NCBI GenBank assembly: GCA_013239625.1
Contig: MU054575.1
Location: 5,162,498-5,226,497 of the forward strand
DNA length: 64,000 nucleotides
Reading direction: 5' to 3'
From: Lama guanicoe
Taxonomy: Eukaryota
The position numbers and the translations under genes were made by a program. This document shows, one piece after another, positions 59,301 to 64,000 of the stretch. The notes beneath the pieces are model-generated. The model made no database searches, was not told the origin of the DNA, and saw nothing but the letters and a program-made list of their open reading frames with translations. Position 1 is the stretch's first letter, and each line of letters opens with the position of its first letter.

Positions 59301-62300
59301 GACTCTGTCATCTCAGCAGCCTCTGACTCCAGGACCCCTGATCTCACTCTCTTTGTCTCCTGGGTCCCCAATATCTCTGCTTCTGCTGTCTCGGTCTCTA
59401 TCTGTGGAAACACTGAGCCCCCCACTTCCGTCTCCTGGGTCCCCAGTGACTCTGATTCTGCCACCCTAGTCTCTGGTCCCGAGACCCTTGAATCCCCAGT
59501 TTCTACCTCCCAGACCCTCAGATCCCTAGACACTGCCCCCTGGTCAGCTGCTAGTGGGGCCCCTTGGTACCTGCTCACCTGGGGACTGGCACTTGCTGCT
59601 CCAACAGAGGTGCCCTGCTCCAGGCCTGTCCCCCCAATACCCAGGGCTCTGTCCCTCACCTCTGCACCCTCTTTCTCCTGGCCTGCAGCAGTCCTGATCC
59701 CCTTGAGGTCACCAAGATGCCTGGAATGCCCTGCAGGCTCTGCTGGAGGTGGGCTCAGGATTGTGTGAGCCTCATCCCTGGTCCTGACGCCTGTCTTTCC
59801 CTGAGAGCCCCTTGGAGGAGCCTCAGGAGTCCCCTTGAATCTTGCCTCAGATGTCACCCCTGTAGACTCTGGTCCCTTAGTGTCCACATGTCTCACACTT
59901 GACCTCCGCTGAGCATCCACTTGACCTACTCCTAAACTCTCTTCAGCCTCCCAAGCTCTGACATCTGACCTCTTCTTATTCACCTCTCTGACTCCTAACC
60001 CATGCTCAGTGGCCACCCCACTAGCCTCTGGCCTGTCCCCAACGCCCCCTTCCTCAGCCATGGGTTTCTGCCCTTCCAAAACGTTGCTGGAGTGTCTGTC
60101 CTCAGTGCTTGGGCCCAGCCCTGCTCCCTGGGCTTCTGTCCCTTCCTGAGGGCTTTCCAGGGCCTGGGTCTCCACAGCAGAATCCACTCCTGCTGGGGGA
60201 GCCCCTGAGTCTTTGGAGGCCTCATCCTCCTCTTGGTGGACTGGGGGCCAGGGGGCATCAGAGCCTTTCCGGAGCCGAGGGGCCGGGGTGGGGGCCACAT
60301 CTTGGCCTGGCTGTCTTGAGGACCTGAAGAGAGAGTAGGAGGGTGCATTGCATGTGGGGCATTTGGCCCCCCTCTCAGCTCCTCTTCCAGCCTTTCAGAT
60401 TGCTGGGGCCCTGGAAAGGTGGTTAGGTGAGGGGAGTGCAACTTCTTGAGAATAGACAGGGGATGGGGCTGTGGGGCTGGTTCCATAGCTCACCTTGTCT
60501 CGGGTTGGGTTCCAGGGGGCCTGGGGGCCTTGGGCCCCACCTGGCCCCCAGCTATGGTAGCTGGTTCTGACTCCTGGCCCCGGGAGGCCCTGGCTGGGGG
60601 CGCAGGGGCACTCACAGGTGCTGGGCTGGTATCCTCAGTGCTAGAAGGGCTGGCAGCTGCGGGGAAGGAAGGGAGGTAGTGCTGAGGCCTGGGCTCTGTG
60701 ACTGGAGGTCCAGTGACCCCCACAACCCCCGGCAACCCCAGCCTGGGCCTCACCTGCCCGCTGGAGCCGGCCCTCTTCCTCCTCCTCACAAAGTGTCTTC
60801 AACTCCCGAGAGGCATCTGGGAGCAGGGATTGGAGGGCAGGGTCAGCCCAGGGAAGAGCCCTGCAGGCCTGACCCCCTCCCCCCAACTAGAATGCTGGGC
60901 CTACCTGGGAGACGCCCCAGCCTCAGGGCACTGCCCCAGCCTACGAGAAGAGACAGGCCCATGGATGCAGAGAAGAGAGAAAGATAGGGCAGACAAGGAC
61001 AGACAGAAAAAAAAAAGCCTTAACAAGCAAAAGGGAGGGATGAGGGTGAGTGGTGAGGGGTAGTGAGCCTGGACTGCAGCCCCTCTCTGCACTTTTGGCC
61101 CAGCTGCCTCAGGGCAGGGTACAGACCTGGGCAGGCATCCACCTAGGGGTGAGGAGAGGGCCAGGGACACTGGGAGGTGCTGGGAACCCGTCTGGAAGGA
61201 CTCAGCTAAGGACCCAGGTCACCATGGGACCAGGGGTCAAGTCTGGATAATTAGGGCCACTGAGCAGATTGGGACCTTCTGGCCATAGAGAGCTCCCACC
61301 ATGGAGTGTGCTCAAGCTGGCCCTGCCCCAACACAGCAAGTGAATTATGGCCTGGGTTATCCTCAGCCTCCCTAGGTCCTGGTGATCTCAATTCACGGCT
61401 GGTGAGCCTACCTGGCTGGGGGACACGAGCCCGCACCTCCAGGGTCCCTGGACCATTAGCCTCCTCCTCGTCACTCTCAGCAAAGTCCTCCAAGTTGCCC
61501 ACATCACTAGGCTTCATGCTCATGAGGCTCGCAAGACTCTGCATGTCATCGTCCCTGGGGGTCAGAGGTCAGAGGTGAGGGCTGGTCAGAGGTTTCAGAT
61601 TAGGGCACAGGAGGGCAGTGGGGCACTCACGTGGCTCGGCCCTCCCGCAGCAGCACCCCCGAGAGAGTGAGGCTCAGCTCGGCCTGCACCACCTTCACCG
61701 ACTTGGGCTTCAGCCGCAACCGCAGCGGAACTTGGGCAGGCACAGGCCCTGCATGGCGGGCCAGGTCTACCTCAGCCGTGGCCAGCACCTTCCGCTGCCC
61801 CTTGGACTCCTGTGGGCCGGGGGAAGGAGGATCAGTGCTGCTCCAGAGTGCCCAAGACCCCAGGCTCCAGCCCGCCCTGGCCACTCACATTCTCAATAAT
61901 GAACGTCCACTCTTTGGCCTCATACTGGTCCACGTGGGGGTCCTGGGAAAGAGGGACACTGATGAGTTCAGGGACTGCTGGGGTGGGGCAGGGCAGGGAA
62001 GAGCCTGTGCTGGCTCAGGTGTTTGTTCGGGGCCTTCACACATGTTGGTCCCTCCTGGCAGGTGTGCTCCCCAGCTTCTCCTGATCCCAGCTCTCTCTCG
62101 TACTATATGTGGAGGGTATGACCTCCTGGGTCCCTCAGGCTGAGGAGACCCCTTGCCATGATTCTTGGTTTCACCCCCCCACCCCGTCCTTTCCTGTTTG
62201 GATGCATGACCCACCCAGGGACGCCTGTGGCTGCCCACAGCACTGGCAATCATCGGCTCATCCCCATCTGTGCAGGAATGCTGGAGACTCACCCGGTACA

Positions 62301-62626
62301 GGGTCACAGAGATGTCCACATTCTCAGGTACCATCCACACCACGGTGCCCCGGTATGGGTTCTGGATGCCCGGCTGCCAGCTGTGGGCCTACAATAAGCA
62401 GTCTGAGTCCTCCACCAGTCTTAACTCTCCCCTGAAGCCCCTTGTCCTTATCTCCAGTCTTGACCCTATCTTTCTCTCCCTATGATCTGAACCTGATTCC
62501 ACTCCCCCATCACCCTTACCCACTTAACCCAACCACCCAATTAGCCCCAACGCCAATCTGGACCCTACCTTGGAGCAGATGCGCCGGTTCCGCCGGGTCC
62601 ACACAACCACCAGCTTATCAGGTTGC
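50354..62626 (-). CDS. EHBP1L1: EH domain-binding protein 1-like 1 (C2-NT, CH and bMERB domains, CAAX); exon 1 lies beyond the window
   Basis: Exons 62626-62569, 62388-62293, 61942-61889, 61809-61631, 61554-61412, (60940-60905 optional), 60816-60754, 60656-60494, 60323-~57857 (3' end in N-run), 57398-57241, 57152-57104, 56681-56040, 52378-52309, 52188-52139, 52041-51918, 51678-51579, 50860-50787, 50704-50590, 50453-50354. Motifs: C2-[37 protein letters not shown]...[17 protein letters not shown], b[20 protein letters not shown]-terminal CVLS. Confidence 0.95.
53760..53950. mobile_element. MIR SINE
   Basis: caacaacactgtgaggcaggga...ccccactttacagatgaggaaacggagagtcagagg. Confidence 0.65.
54233..54250 (+). 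promoter_or_regulatory. CTCF consensus motif
   Basis: CCAGTAGAGGGCGCC matches CCASYAGRKGGCRS. Confidence 0.55.
58420..59520 (-). repeat. Coding minisatellite, 75-bp (25-aa) unit, inside the large EHBP1L1 exon
   Basis: Motif tctcctgggtccccaatatctcagcttctg recurs (allowing a few mismatches) at 58471, 58546, 58621, 58696, 58771, 58846 and 58921 (period 75); degenerate copies flank these. Encodes [25 protein letters not shown]-like units. Confidence 0.95.
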
Positions 62627-64000
62627 CTGGGAGGCAGGGGAAGAGGGGCTACTCAGTCAGGCCCACCTAGCCTCTCCATCTCCTCCAGAGTCTTCCTTCT
62701 GCCTCGACCCTCTACCCACTGAACAGGGTCTGGACAGCCCCTTATCTGGGGCCCCAGGGAGCAGGGTGGGGCTGCTGAGGCAGGGTGAGGCCTGGGTCAG
62801 AAGGGCAAAGGGCCATGGGTCGACAGGGATTATGAAGACAGTGATATAGAGAGACAGGCACACACAGAGACAGAGAGATACACAAAAACACAACAAGGGC
62901 CCTGCAAGAAACACAGACACAGTAAGAGACAGACTCAGAGTAACAGAAGTCCATTCATTAACAAATATTTGCAGAGTGCATACTGTCACCCCAGCCCAAT
63001 ATGAGGACAGAGCAGAGCAAAGGAAAGCCTTCTAGGGTTGAGGACTATGGAAGTGAGGGAAGAGTCCCAATTAAGAAGGAAAATAAATTAACAAACTGAC
63101 TTCAGAGAGATGGGAGATTGCCGCTGGGGTCTCCTTAAGGTTGGATGTCTCAGCAGAGGTATGAGTCGGGGAGGGATGGGCTGTGTAAGGGTCTGGAGAA
63201 GGGAGACTCCAGGCAGAGGGAATGGCAAGTGCCAGGGTCCAAGGATTCTGGTAGGTGTAGGGTTGGGTCAGGGCAGAACGTGGGAAGTCGTCAGAGACCC
63301 ATAGAGTCAGCTTGTCATGAGATACCCTCCCAGGGCCTTCCATGCCCAGCCCTTTGCTTTGCAGGGCCCCTGACTCCCACAGGGGACACTAGGGAAAAAT
63401 TTCAGAAGGTGACATCTAAGCTGAACAGCATATGCCAGGGCAAAGAGATGTGGGGAGACAGATAAAGCGAGAGGAGAGTCGCCTGTGCAGGGCCAAGTCC
63501 CAGACATGTGGCTGGGCCTGGAAGGGAGAGGGCTCCTTTGGGTTAGAGGTCCCAACTGCTGCCCAGGAGGGTGGAAATGGTTAGGGAGCATCAGGCCAAG
63601 GGCAGCACAAGAGCCCTCCTTGCCTGTACCCCCTCCCATGCCAGGATACTCAGGTTCACCCAGCTCACTGCCCCGCTGGAAGCCAAGCTAGGACAAATGG
63701 CTCTCCTGTCAATCCCTGAGGATGCTGAGACCCAGAGAGGTTAGGGGCCAGGCAAGGTTACACAGCTAAGCCTAGAGCCCTCCAGCCTGGAGCCAAGTAC
63801 CCCTCCTTGACTCCAAACTTCAGGCGATGGCTGACTAAGGGTAGCCATGGGGCCTTCCCAGAAAGGGGAAGCAGAGTGGTAGCCTAGAGAGGGCGGGGCC
63901 TGGCTAGGCAGCCTGACTCAGGCTGGGCACGCCCTCCTGGGGAGCTAAGACCTGGGCAGGGGCAGCTTCCTAGCCTGGGCTCCCAGCAAAAAAGCAAAGG

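Noticed and set aside
58420-59520. CRISPR-like appearance of the regular repeats
   Set aside because: The units are contiguous with no unique spacers, are translated within a mammalian exon, and there are no cas genes.
58971-59768. 265-aa repetitive plus-strand ORF
   Set aside because: Antisense shadow of the EHBP1L1 coding repeats.

Overview
GC-rich placental-mammal (not human or mouse) genomic DNA syntenic with human 11q13.1. Five multi-exon protein-coding genes can be reconstructed from GT-AG junctions: SIPA1 (minus strand, 5' part, truncated at base 1), PCNX3 (minus, 35 coding exons, start codon inside an N-run), MAP3K11/MLK3 (plus, 10 exons, 859 aa), KCNK7 (plus, 3 exons, 307 aa) and EHBP1L1 (minus, exon 1 beyond the window). 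PCNX3 and MAP3K11 share a divergent CpG-island promoter; KCNK7 and EHBP1L1 end tail to tail. Interspersed repeats look old (MIR, L2, MER5A, MER102, L1M, a MER21-type solo LTR nested in an L2). There are six 132-155 nt N-runs. I found no prokaryote-type system and no new gene. The most interesting signals are: a recently expanded 75-bp coding minisatellite in EHBP1L1 that an in-frame internal splice donor could remove; two candidate intragenic promoters (MAP3K11 intron 5; an RFX X-box cluster in EHBP1L1) that would make truncated C-terminal proteins; a U12-type intron in PCNX3; substitutions at normally conserved pore positions of KCNK7; and uORFs in three 5'UTRs. Coordinates were counted by hand and may be off by a base or two. 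Comparisons with human proteins and repeat consensus sequences are from memory and need an alignment to confirm.
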